64,000 nucleotides of DNA from a bacterium (GTDB lineage Bacteria; UBP14; UBA6098): assembly GCA_023145965.1 (NCBI GenBank), contig JAGLDC010000007.1:5574-69573 (forward strand), in the 5' to 3' direction. Both the position numbers and the translations under genes were made by a program. Positions 1-9,292 of the stretch are shown here, piece by piece. Under the pieces are notes generated by a model. That model was given only the letters and a program-made list of their open reading frames with translations, made no database searches and was not told the origin of the DNA. Every line of letters begins with the position of its first letter. Within the stretch, counting starts at the first letter, position 1.

Positions 1-198
1 GGCCAACAATTGGTATCCCATGCAGAAACTGACGATTTGTATGTGAGTATCGACGAAGTAGTTGATAAGATGCAGCGCCAACTTAAAAAGTATAATGAAA
101 AATTTAAAGAACACCGTGGTTTATCGGATGAAGAGAAGAAAATTTTTGCTGAAAAAATAACAGAAGAACTCCTTGAAGGACAAGACCAGATCAGATGA
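1..198 (+). CDS. hpf: Ribosome hibernation promoting factor / sigma-54 modulation protein, 3' fragment (5' end lies outside the window)
   Basis: The frame is open from nt 1. The C-terminal segment AETDDLYVSIDEVVDKMQRQLKKYNEKFKEH aligns to the conserved C-terminus of short HPF/YfiA (..DMYAAIDGLIDKLARQLTKHKDKLKQH). It lies directly upstream of hprK, as in rpoN-hpf-hprK clusters. Confidence 0.55.
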   Translation, partial: GQQLVSHAETDDLYVSIDEVVDKMQRQLKKYNEKFKEHRGLSDEEKKIFAEKITEELLEGQDQIR

Positions 199-1163
199 CG
201 GATTTGATTGTCAAGAAATTTTACGAAAAGAAAAAAGAAAGCTTTAAGCTCTCTTTGGTTGCAGGTACTGATGGTCTGAGCCGCAAGATACTAAGACCAG
301 TTATTCAAAGGCCTTCGTTTCTTCTTGCCGGATATAGTGCTGGTTTCGCGGAAAAAAGGCTTCAGGTTCTCGGTAAAACAGAGATGACTTTTCTTGAAAG
401 TCTTTCTGAGGAAGAAGCTAAAACGAGTTTTCGCCGACTTGCAGATTATCCCATTCCCGCTGTTATATTATCTAGGGGAATAGCTCCTAGTGACTACATG
501 GTTCATATAGCCGACAAATATAATATCCCACTTATAGTATCCGGCTTAAGTACCGATGAGATTTTCAATCAAATCACCGTGTATCTTGATTTTGTGTTTT
601 CACCTCAGATCAGAATACATGCAACCATGATGGATGTCTATGGGGTTGGTATTTTATATACCGGCCCAGCCGGTATCGGCAAATCTGAATGTGCGCTGGA
701 TCTTGTTGAAAGGGGACACAGGCTTATTGCCGACGATGTTGTCACCCTCCGAAGACGTGCAGGCGATGTTCTTATTGCCGCCGGCGCACCCGAAGCTGGA
801 CATCATATCGAGATACGCGGAGTCGGTATAGTGGATATCGAGAGGTTGTTTGGCGTTCGTGCCATCAGAATGCAGAAGCGCGTCGAGCTGGAGGTTCGTC
901 TCGAGCTTTGGAACGACCTTCAAGATTACGAAAGACTGGGTATCGAGGAGACGCAAACTACGTATATCAGTGTCCAGATACCTAAAATTACAATACCCAT
1001 CTCGCCCGGTAAGAATATCACAGCAATCAGCGAAGTCATTGCTATGAACCACATGCTCAAGGTTTATGGCCATCATCCAGCCAAGGAATTTGTGGCTCGT
1101 ATGCAGGAGATGATTAAGCGCAAAGAGGGGCTTCATAAGTATTTGGAATCGGATTTCGAATGA
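195..1163 (+). CDS. hprK: HPr kinase/phosphorylase
   Basis: 322 aa. Walker A/P-loop GPAGIGKSECALDLVERGHRLIADD is typical of HprK (GxSGxGKSExALELxxRGHRLVADD). The 4-nt overlap with the hpf stop is consistent with an operon. Confidence 0.9.
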   Translation: MTDLIVKKFYEKKKESFKLSLVAGTDGLSRKILRPVIQRPSFLLAGYSAGFAEKRLQVLGKTEMTFLESLSEEEAKTSFRRLADYPIPAVILSRGIAPSDYMVHIADKYNIPLIVSGLSTDEIFNQITVYLDFVFSPQIRIHATMMDVYGVGILYTGPAGIGKSECALDLVERGHRLIADDVVTLRRRAGDVLIAAGAPEAGHHIEIRGVGIVDIERLFGVRAIRMQKRVELEVRLELWNDLQDYERLGIEETQTTYISVQIPKITIPISPGKNITAISEVIAMNHMLKVYGHHPAKEFVARMQEMIKRKEGLHKYLESDFE

Positions 1164-1186
1164 AATCGGGTAAATAGGTCGTAATT

Positions 1187-1975
1187 TTGAACTTAAATAG
1201 CAGATGTAATAATTCAATCTTTGTGGTTTTAATGGCGTTAATAGCTATTACTTCGACAACGATTTGGTCTTCCTCTATATCCGCAAAAGGCAATGCTCTG
1301 CTGTGTGAAATACCTTTAGGAAGAGATTCTCTTTATGAGACAAATATTGTTGGAATTAATACGAGTGGCGATTCTACTCCTTTCGTTTTTTCAGTAGCAC
1401 CCAACAATGAGAAATTTTATGAACCATTACAGAATATTGGTTGGTTAATAGCAGTTCCAGAAACACTATGGGCAAAACCAAACGGCCAAACTCAACCTCT
1501 TAAGATACTTACTAAATTCCCAGGAAATCCCCTTTTAACCAACAGGCATTTTTCAGCCTCCATTATAGTTCGGCAAGCATCTAAAGGCACCATTTCACTT
1601 GGAGTTGCGTTAAAAGTTAGACTCGAAACTGTGGCGAGCAGGTTAGTTCCCGAAAACCTAAATCGACTTGCGTTAATACCATCTAAGATTAGTTATAATG
1701 GTGATATCGACTCATTATATATTTTCAATGGAACAAAATTGGTCGATACGGTCGAAGTATATTGGACAGATCACCTCGGTAGAAAAAGGAATTCTGAAAA
1801 AGTTTTTCTTTTTCGAAGAATATTGTTGTGGGAATTACCTCTTCACACTATATTCTTGGAACCTAAATGCGGTGAATGGATATTTTTTAAAAAAAATATT
1901 TCTGAAATCGATTCACATGGTTATATTGTTTGCAATGGTAGAGAGAATTATATATATTCTAGGATAGGGGAATAA
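1187..1975 (+). CDS. Hypothetical membrane-anchored/secreted protein in a low-GC patch
   Basis: 262-aa ORF with an N-terminal hydrophobic helix (IFVVLMALIAITSTTIW). I recognise no conserved motif. The AT-rich codon usage differs from neighbouring genes. Confidence 0.3.
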   Translation: MNLNSRCNNSIFVVLMALIAITSTTIWSSSISAKGNALLCEIPLGRDSLYETNIVGINTSGDSTPFVFSVAPNNEKFYEPLQNIGWLIAVPETLWAKPNGQTQPLKILTKFPGNPLLTNRHFSASIIVRQASKGTISLGVALKVRLETVASRLVPENLNRLALIPSKISYNGDIDSLYIFNGTKLVDTVEVYWTDHLGRKRNSEKVFLFRRILLWELPLHTIFLEPKCGEWIFFKKNISEIDSHGYIVCNGRENYIYSRIGE

Positions 1976-1993
1976 TTTTAAAGCGGGAAATAT

Positions 1994-2698
1994 ATGGTTG
2001 AGATCAAGCTAAGGCAATTATTGGTTATACTGATTCTTACTTTTTCGACTCTCCTTTTTAGTGCAGGGCAAAGATTAGGAACCAGTGAGGATTTTTCATT
2101 TCTTCCTACCGATGCTATCGGTGAAGGCACTGGCGATGAGGCTTATATTTATAGTCTTTTTACGATGTGCCCACTCCAATTGGAATTATTGGATCCTACG
2201 GATACTGTTTGGAATGTTGATTTTGGTACTGCATGTTGGGGATGCTATGCAATGCATGATACAGGATTTGCTTTCAGGAATACCGGTTGCATTGGCGCAA
2301 ATATTAAATTAGCTGTTGAGAGTGATATTTGGTCCAGTAGCACAACACCGCCAGCTAATCCCGGTTTCAATAAGTTCCTGCTCTGGGCTTTAGCGGTTAG
2401 AACCTGGCATACTTCTTATGACAATGATGATTTCTGGCTCGATTACGATACCAATCGCACAGTTTGTTTAATAGATACAGTTCCCAATTATGATAAGATT
2501 GCTTCCAACAGATTCTATAATTATTCTTGCGATGCTATTCCCCGTCTTGTGCCGCCCATGGACGCCACAGGGATGAATTTGCATCCCAGAAAAGATTTTA
2601 TATTGCTATTACTTCTTCAGAGTCCGAATGCGATAGACCCTGAAGATACTTCCGTTACAATAATTTTGCATGTTGTAGCTGAGCCAATTGGAGGTTAA
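1994..2698 (+). CDS. Hypothetical secreted Cys-containing protein
   Basis: Signal-peptide-like N-terminus (LLVILILTFSTLLFSAGQ). Eight or more Cys residues. No recognisable family. Confidence 0.45.
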   Translation: MVEIKLRQLLVILILTFSTLLFSAGQRLGTSEDFSFLPTDAIGEGTGDEAYIYSLFTMCPLQLELLDPTDTVWNVDFGTACWGCYAMHDTGFAFRNTGCIGANIKLAVESDIWSSSTTPPANPGFNKFLLWALAVRTWHTSYDNDDFWLDYDTNRTVCLIDTVPNYDKIASNRFYNYSCDAIPRLVPPMDATGMNLHPRKDFILLLLLQSPNAIDPEDTSVTIILHVVAEPIGG

Positions 2699-2817
2699 AA
2701 AATATTTATATTTAAATAAAAATTACTTGACTGAAAACGATAATCATCTTATTTTATTTAGTAATTGAGTATTTTGAGAATAATATATGCTTACCACTTT
2801 AAGGAGGTTCAAGCGGT

Positions 2818-4158
2818 ATGAAAACCATGAGAAAGTTTTGGGGAACAATCGCAATAGCGATCGCCATTCTTGCTTTTACTGGGTCGGCCATTGCACAGAC
2901 TGCTGTGATGGAGACTAGAGAAACGAGGACGGAGACTTCTCCGATAATTGATCGCGAAGATGTTACACCACTCGATTCAAGACCCGCTACACCGGTTATG
3001 ACGCCGGCAGAAACGGCACCTTTGATGAGAACGCTCTCGGACGGCCACGGTCCAGCCCCAATTATTCCGGGTGAAGCTATGGATGTTGATTCGAGGGACA
3101 TATATATTTATGTCACACTCTTAGCTCCAATCGGTCCAGACCCACCTGATACCGTTAAAATTATTAGCAAGAATTGCACCGATGGTAACGAAGCTGTCGA
3201 GTTTAAGACCGACCTCGGTCCTACCGGTTATTATGGCGATTTCTTCAATGTATATCGAGATACATTACCGCTTTTCTTTATGACTCAACTCGATACCACG
3301 CCAGCAAACAGAAACCTCATCGGCAGAACGGTAATTCGATTCTTCACCGATGATTTCGAAGGCACAACCGAGCTTCCGGATACTTTATGGCAGCATTATG
3401 AGGGTATGAGCAAGGGTGTTTGCGATACGTTGATCAACCTCTTCTATGCTTTCACCACGGTTGACACGGGTGCTTCGGCGCCGGATGGTTATTCGGAATC
3501 ATCTTTCCCAAGCTGGTGTATGTGCGAATACGACCAATCATTTTATTATCATCTCACATACGGGAATACTAATTTCTGGTCGGTTCCAAATGCCGATGAG
3601 CGCTTTGTTAATTGCTCTGATTTAGATCCGATGGGTATTCGTCAGATCATGGAATGGGATGCAGTTTCACAAGTTCCAGTCGTTATAGCTTATAAGCATT
3701 CACTTTTCGGGTGGACTGATGCTCCACTTATGGTTGGCCATGTTTACGAAGTTAGTGGCGATTACGCGGCTATCGATGCTCGCGATGATGAATATGAGTA
3801 TTTCCAGACTTACACACCTGGAATCATTCCTGAGACAGATTCTGTGTTCACTTTGGCTTACAGTCCTATATATGGTGGCAGAAATATCATTATGCTTCCG
3901 TTTAAGGCATCCATTGTAGAAGGCATAACAGATAGAGTTACACTGGAAGTTTCTATTGAAGAAGCGGGAAGTGCTCATGGTATAGAACTCAAGAGAATTG
4001 ATGTTTGGAATGGTAGTTCATTTGTTTGGACGCAGATTGCTTATGAGCATTCATTATTTGGATGGTCTGAGAACCCGCATCTTAGGCCTGGAAAGGTATA
4101 TTACATTTATCTTGAGACAACATCAGGAACAGTTTCCTTCACTTGGCCAATAACGTAA
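2818..4158 (+). CDS. Hypothetical secreted protein with a Pro/Thr-rich linker and two copies of a ~35-aa internal repeat
   Basis: Strong SD AAGGAGG at 2801-2807, 10 nt before the ATG. Signal peptide MKTMRKFWGTIAIAIAILAFTGSAIAQ. Repeats VIAYKHSLFGWTDAPLMVGHVYEV and QIAYEHSLFGWSENPHLRPGKVYY. Confidence 0.6.
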   Translation: MKTMRKFWGTIAIAIAILAFTGSAIAQTAVMETRETRTETSPIIDREDVTPLDSRPATPVMTPAETAPLMRTLSDGHGPAPIIPGEAMDVDSRDIYIYVTLLAPIGPDPPDTVKIISKNCTDGNEAVEFKTDLGPTGYYGDFFNVYRDTLPLFFMTQLDTTPANRNLIGRTVIRFFTDDFEGTTELPDTLWQHYEGMSKGVCDTLINLFYAFTTVDTGASAPDGYSESSFPSWCMCEYDQSFYYHLTYGNTNFWSVPNADERFVNCSDLDPMGIRQIMEWDAVSQVPVVIAYKHSLFGWTDAPLMVGHVYEVSGDYAAIDARDDEYEYFQTYTPGIIPETDSVFTLAYSPIYGGRNIIMLPFKASIVEGITDRVTLEVSIEEAGSAHGIELKRIDVWNGSSFVWTQIAYEHSLFGWSENPHLRPGKVYYIYLETTSGTVSFTWPIT

Positions 4159-4197
4159 TTCTTACTAATTAATGCAAATAAACTTATCGGAGGAATA

Positions 4198-5232
4198 ATG
4201 AAAAAAATAATCTGCATGATGCTAATGTTGACAGCAATTCTCATTACGAATTCACTCGTCGCTGAAGTGCTAGAACCATGTGATGTTTGCACCAATCAGC
4301 TAATCGCGCTCCAGATCTATAATGATCCCTATTATCAAGGTGGAAGTCTGGTGTCGCCGTCAAGCACTTCTGATGATCTAAGTTGTTGTCCCGGGATGTT
4401 GGCCGATGGCGAAGTAGCTCACAGGGACTTTCCTGATACTTTGGCGTTTGGGAACACGATAGATTCGCTTATTACTCTATTTTCCAGCGATACGATTGTA
4501 CCATATTCAACTTCTGCTACTTGGTGGCACCAAGATTTGTTTCCAGGAACTTCTATAGAGGTTCCTCCTCAAGTTCAGGAATGCTGCTGTGTAGATGGTA
4601 TTTTTTGGAAAGCAAAGATGTTTGATGACGCTACATCGACTTGGTCTGAGTGGACAGATGTCCATCAAGCTGGACAGGGTAATACTTCTTTTGGTACAAT
4701 TCTTGTAGCGGCAATTAGCACTGGTGCATTTAAACAACCCGGTTATGGCGGTAATATGTCTTTTGAGTGCAATGTCGATAGTGTTGCCATTTATGTTTGG
4801 GATTGTGCTAATGAACCTGGTATGGAAGGAACCCTTGGCGAATTTGCAGCTAAGGTTGCTACTTATCCCGATAATTCATCTATGGGTCTCGATACCTTGA
4901 TTCTAAGGAGATGGGCAATCCCGACTGGTATTGATGAGAATCCAAAATTACCGCGCGAATATTTCATCTCGCAGAACACGCCGAACCCGTTCAACGCTAC
5001 TACGGCTATCCAGTATGGTCTTCCAGAGGAAGCTGAAGTTCGCGTTGATGTTACAAATCTCCTTGGACAAAGGGTTGCTACTCTCGTTGACGAGAGGCAG
5101 TCTGCAGGATTTAAGCGCCTCATTTGGGATGGTCGCGACAATGTGGGTCACGAGCTACCGAGTGGAGTTTATTTCTATCAGATTAAGGCTAATAGCTTTA
5201 TCGATAAGAAGCGCGCTATCTTGATGAAGTAA
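4198..5232 (+). CDS. Secreted Cys-rich protein with a T9SS (Por) C-terminal sorting domain
   Basis: SD GGAGG lies 6 nt before the ATG. Signal peptide present. The C-terminal ~80 aa, NPFNATTAIQYGLPEEAEVRVDVTNLLGQRVATLVDE..LPSGVYFYQIKANSF..KRAILMK, matches the type-A T9SS CTD pattern (PNPFN..T.I.Y.LP....V.L.IYD..G..V..L......G.H...WDG.......SGVYFY.L). Confidence 0.7.
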   Translation: MKKIICMMLMLTAILITNSLVAEVLEPCDVCTNQLIALQIYNDPYYQGGSLVSPSSTSDDLSCCPGMLADGEVAHRDFPDTLAFGNTIDSLITLFSSDTIVPYSTSATWWHQDLFPGTSIEVPPQVQECCCVDGIFWKAKMFDDATSTWSEWTDVHQAGQGNTSFGTILVAAISTGAFKQPGYGGNMSFECNVDSVAIYVWDCANEPGMEGTLGEFAAKVATYPDNSSMGLDTLILRRWAIPTGIDENPKLPREYFISQNTPNPFNATTAIQYGLPEEAEVRVDVTNLLGQRVATLVDERQSAGFKRLIWDGRDNVGHELPSGVYFYQIKANSFIDKKRAILMK

Positions 5233-5256
5233 GAGATTATTACTTGACTATTAAAG

Positions 5257-5288
5257 AGGGAACTCAGTGTGGGTTCCCTTTTTTATTT
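5257..5288 (+). terminator. Rho-independent terminator after the cargo gene
   Basis: Stem AGGGAAC (5257-5263) pairs with GTTCCCT (5273-5279), 9-nt loop, followed by TTTTTATTTT. Confidence 0.6.
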
Positions 5289-5343
5289 TGTTATATTCGA
5301 TTGGGGTTGTTATCCTGACCTGTAAATGATATATTAATTTATT

Positions 5344-6621
5344 ATGAGAAATGTATTTATTACTATATTATTATTAGTCTCGACTTTTGCCGTGGCAGAA
5401 TCTGTCCCTCTCATTACTATAGATGGTGCAATTAATCCCGTTAGTGCGAAATTTATATTGCGTAACCTCGAACAGGCGCAGGAAGAGGGCGCATCCTGTT
5501 TTATTATTTTATTAGATACGCCGGGCGGTCTTATGACCTCGACAGAAGACCTCACCCGTGCTATTATGTCATCAGATGTGCCGGTTGTTGTTTATGTGTA
5601 TCCTCGCGGAGGACGAGCAGCAAGCGCGGGGGTATTTATTTCTTATTCATCACATATTGTGGCTATGACACCTGGAACTCGCATCGGTGCAGCTCATCCT
5701 GTTTCGATGATGGGCTCTGGTGGCAAATCGGACTCGACCGAGACCATGATGGAAAAAGTAGCCAACGATGCAGTAGCCAATGTCAGGGCCATGGCCTTGG
5801 AACGAGGTAGAAATCCCGATTGGCCGGAAAAGGCGGTTCGTAAATCCGAGAGTATTACCGCCGATAAAGCGCTAGAGTTGGGTGTTGTCGATCTTATTGC
5901 TGAGGATGTTGAGGATTTATTAATCAAGATCAACGGTTTGGCATATGGTCTAGAAAAGGAAGATACATTAAGGCTTAAAAAGCCTGTTGCAATCGAACGA
6001 AAGATGACCAATGTCGAGGACTTCCTATTCGTTATTTTGAACCCAAACATTGCATATATGTTGATGATGCTCGGAATGGTTGGAATTTATCTGGAACTTC
6101 AAAATCCGGGGGGAATACTACCGGGTGTCGTGGGGGCAATTTCGATATTACTTGCTCTTTATGCATTTCAAATACTACCTGTTAATTATGTAGGCATAGC
6201 CTTTTTAATATTGGCAGTCGCACTTTTTATTCTCGAAGCTAATACACCTACGTTTGGTCTTTTAACTACAGGAGGGGTTGTTTCGATGTTAGCTGGAAGT
6301 TTTCTTTTGACGAGCGGTAACGCTACGCTCTTCACTATATCGTGGTCAGTTATTTTACCAACAGTCGCGCTTGCGGCTATCATATCTATATTTGTTTTAT
6401 GGAAGGCTGTAAAGGCGCGGATTTCCCAACCAAAAACTGGCAAAGAAGGCATGATCGGTTTAAAAGGTGTGGTTGTGGAGAAGGCTAGTCCAAATCTGAA
6501 GAATTCTTATATTGAGATTCACGGAGAGCTATGGGCGGCATTTGGCGAAGGCCTCAGTCTTGGGAACGAGGTTGTTGTGATCGCTATCGAATCCGGCAAA
6601 CTTAAGGTGAAAAAAGTCTGA
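5344..6621 (+). CDS. NfeD-like membrane-bound serine protease (ClpP-class protease domain, TM segments and a C-terminal OB-fold)
   Basis: N-terminal ClpP-like domain (LLDTPGGLMTSTEDLTRAI..GGRAASAGVFISYSSHIVAMTPGTRIGAAHPV), central hydrophobic helices, and a C-terminal beta-rich NfeD tail. Confidence 0.8.
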   Translation: MRNVFITILLLVSTFAVAESVPLITIDGAINPVSAKFILRNLEQAQEEGASCFIILLDTPGGLMTSTEDLTRAIMSSDVPVVVYVYPRGGRAASAGVFISYSSHIVAMTPGTRIGAAHPVSMMGSGGKSDSTETMMEKVANDAVANVRAMALERGRNPDWPEKAVRKSESITADKALELGVVDLIAEDVEDLLIKINGLAYGLEKEDTLRLKKPVAIERKMTNVEDFLFVILNPNIAYMLMMLGMVGIYLELQNPGGILPGVVGAISILLALYAFQILPVNYVGIAFLILAVALFILEANTPTFGLLTTGGVVSMLAGSFLLTSGNATLFTISWSVILPTVALAAIISIFVLWKAVKARISQPKTGKEGMIGLKGVVVEKASPNLKNSYIEIHGELWAAFGEGLSLGNEVVVIAIESGKLKVKKV

Positions 6622-6688
6622 TCGTTTTTCACTCTATATCTGTTCAAATTACCCAAAAAAGTGGATAGGCGCTTATCCTTATTGTGTT

Positions 6689-9292
6689 ATGAAAAAAAAC
6701 CCAATCAATATAGATTCTCTGCTTCCGTTAGTTCGAAGACCGGCTAGATATATTGGCGGAGAATTTGGTGCTATTAAAAAGAAAGAAGCTGAAGACTCGC
6801 TTCGATTTTGTCTTTGTTTTCCTGAAATCTACGAGGTTGGGATTTGCCATACTGGAGGATTAATTCTCTATAAGGCCGTGAATGATTATCCCAAGCTTGT
6901 TTGCGAGCGCGCCTACTGCCCGGCAAAAGATATGGACGAGATTCTAAGAGAAAAGAATATTCCACTTTTTTCAATTGAGTCCAAGATTTCACTTTCGGCT
7001 TTCAGGGTTGTGGGCTTTTCACTCGAATATGAGATGTCGTTTACTAATGTGCTTGAAATGCTCGATCTCGCTAATGTTCCAATCTATGCTGATAAGAGAT
7101 CGGAGGAAGATCCGATAGTAATCGCTGGAGGGCCTTGCGTATTTCAGCCCGAACCGATAGCACCTTTTTTCGATCTAATTGTAATTGGCGACGGTGAGAT
7201 TATTTTGCCTGAAATTCTCGAAAAAATCCGGGTTTCTAATCTAGATAGAAGAGCATTGCTTTCAGAATTATCTCAATTTGAGGGAGTATATGTTCCTTCG
7301 CTGTATCGAGAGATATTTCAAGGCTGCGAGTTTAAGGGATTCGAGCCTATTGACGCAGCCTTAAATAGACCCTTTCCTATAAAATCTATACAAGTATATA
7401 ATTTCCAGGATTATAAACCACAGCCTATAGTTCCATGGGTAGAAGCAATCCATGATAGATTGAGTGTCGAGGTTATGCGAGGGTGTGGGCGTGGCTGTAG
7501 ATTCTGCTCAGCTGGATGGATATATAGACCTGTTAGAGAGAAAGATCCCGATTTGATAATCGAAGAAACAACGGAACAAATTGCAAAAACTGGCTGGGAA
7601 GAAATTGGCCTACTCTCGCTTTCGGCAACAGATTATAGCGAAATTAGAACGGTTTTGAGTCGGTTAAGTCCTATTGCGGACAAAAAAATGCTCAGTATCT
7701 CGCTACCGTCAATTCGTCCGAATGAGATAGATGCCACCACTTTAACCGTGCTTTCAATGGTTCGAAAGTCATCCATGACTTTTGCCCCGGAAGCAGCTAC
7801 AGAAAGACTCCGAAAGGTAATAAATAAGAGCATAGATATTGACGAGCTTCTAAAAACGATGGAGCTTATTTTTTCTCACGGTTGGAAAACAATAAAGCTT
7901 TATTTTATGGTAGGTCTTCCAACTGAAACAGAAGAAGATGTTCTGTCTATTGCGGATTTATGTATTAAATGTGATAATATTGCCAGAAAATACAGAGCTA
8001 AAATCAACGTATCGATATCGCCTTTTATACCTAAACCACACACGCCTTTTGCTTGGGAGGGACAGATTTCGGCAGGAGAGATTAAGCACCGCGTGGGTCT
8101 GGTGAAATCGGCTCTTTCCCGCAGGAAAATCAAGATAACAGGACGAGACTCATTTCTTTCGAGTATAGAAACAATACTTTCCCGAGCTGATAGACGCATT
8201 TCTAAGGTTATCGAAGAGGCATGGAAACTGGGTGGTGGTTTCGCTGCTTGGGATGAGAATAATGATGTTTATATTTGGAAAGAAGCATTCGAGAATACCG
8301 AATATGATTTTAATAAACAGCTTTTACCACTCGATCCAAATGAAGTAGCCCCTTGGGAACTCGTCTCTAAAGGCGTTCCTAAATCTTTCTTATTAAATGA
8401 AAGAGAAAAGGCTTATTCAACAAAATATTCACCGAGTTGCTTTGAGCGTGGAGGGTGTAATAATTGCGGTATATGTGACTTTTATACTCAGGATGAATCA
8501 ACAAGACAAAAAGCCCATGTTCCCAAAATAACATCGGTCAATTCCGATTATGGAAGAAGGGTAAAAACTCGGAGGATCAAACCTATTGCTTCTAATCTCG
8601 TTCGAGTCAGATATTCTAAAACAGGAAATACCAGATGGTTAGGGCATCTCGACACAACACGGACTTTAATCCGCGCTATTCGTAGAGCAGAATGGGATAT
8701 GGCATATTCAGAGGGACATCACAAACACCCAAAAATTGCCTTCGGACCTCCTCTTCCAACTGGTTATCAAAGCAGAGCGGAATTTATGGATATCGAGTTT
8801 GTTTCCTCCATTCCATCAATACATGATTTATCATCCAACCTCCCAAATGGAATGGAAATTATTAATGATGAAAGAATATTTAAAAAGGGCAGTAGCCTTT
8901 TTGATTCCATAGGTGCTGCACTCTATAGAGTCTTCCTTCCAGAAGATATCGCCGAGCGCTATACAGAATCACTGGAAAGCCTATTTTTAAGAGATGTGAT
9001 ACCATTCACCCGTAGGGGGAAAGAAATTGATATTAAACGATTCTATAAAGCGCATTCATTTGAAAAGGCAGATAATAATGGAGTTAATTTATTCCTTATA
9101 TTGAATTGCAATTCACAAGGTTCCGGCAGACCGGATGAATATATTTCTTTTGTCGGTATCAAGCAGCCCTTTGCTCATGGAATAGAATATATTCGTGAAG
9201 AGCTTATGGTTGAACATGCAGATATTTACTTTGACCCCTTTGGAGGAAGGTGGGGAACTTGGGATGAATGGATTTTACATGAACATAATTAA
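6689..9292 (+). CDS. Radical SAM protein, TIGR03960-like N-terminal part fused to a DUF2344/TIGR03936-like C-terminal part
   Basis: N-terminus PARYIGGEFGAIKKK..FCLCFPEIYEVGICHTGGLILY resembles the TIGR03960 signature. CxxxCxxC motif MRGCGRGCRFCSAGW. The C-terminal 250 aa (VRVRYSKTGNTRWLGHLDTTRTLIRAIRRAEWDMAYSEGHHKHPKIAFGPPLP) resembles the radical-SAM-associated DUF2344. Confidence 0.75.
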   Translation: MKKNPINIDSLLPLVRRPARYIGGEFGAIKKKEAEDSLRFCLCFPEIYEVGICHTGGLILYKAVNDYPKLVCERAYCPAKDMDEILREKNIPLFSIESKISLSAFRVVGFSLEYEMSFTNVLEMLDLANVPIYADKRSEEDPIVIAGGPCVFQPEPIAPFFDLIVIGDGEIILPEILEKIRVSNLDRRALLSELSQFEGVYVPSLYREIFQGCEFKGFEPIDAALNRPFPIKSIQVYNFQDYKPQPIVPWVEAIHDRLSVEVMRGCGRGCRFCSAGWIYRPVREKDPDLIIEETTEQIAKTGWEEIGLLSLSATDYSEIRTVLSRLSPIADKKMLSISLPSIRPNEIDATTLTVLSMVRKSSMTFAPEAATERLRKVINKSIDIDELLKTMELIFSHGWKTIKLYFMVGLPTETEEDVLSIADLCIKCDNIARKYRAKINVSISPFIPKPHTPFAWEGQISAGEIKHRVGLVKSALSRRKIKITGRDSFLSSIETILSRADRRISKVIEEAWKLGGGFAAWDENNDVYIWKEAFENTEYDFNKQLLPLDPNEVAPWELVSKGVPKSFLLNEREKAYSTKYSPSCFERGGCNNCGICDFYTQDESTRQKAHVPKITSVNSDYGRRVKTRRIKPIASNLVRVRYSKTGNTRWLGHLDTTRTLIRAIRRAEWDMAYSEGHHKHPKIAFGPPLPTGYQSRAEFMDIEFVSSIPSIHDLSSNLPNGMEIINDERIFKKGSSLFDSIGAALYRVFLPEDIAERYTESLESLFLRDVIPFTRRGKEIDIKRFYKAHSFEKADNNGVNLFLILNCNSQGSGRPDEYISFVGIKQPFAHGIEYIREELMVEHADIYFDPFGGRWGTWDEWILHEHN

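Noticed and set aside
654-1217. 187-aa minus-strand ORF overlapping hprK
   Set aside because: It lies antisense to a strongly conserved hprK coding region and has no recognisable motif. Spurious.
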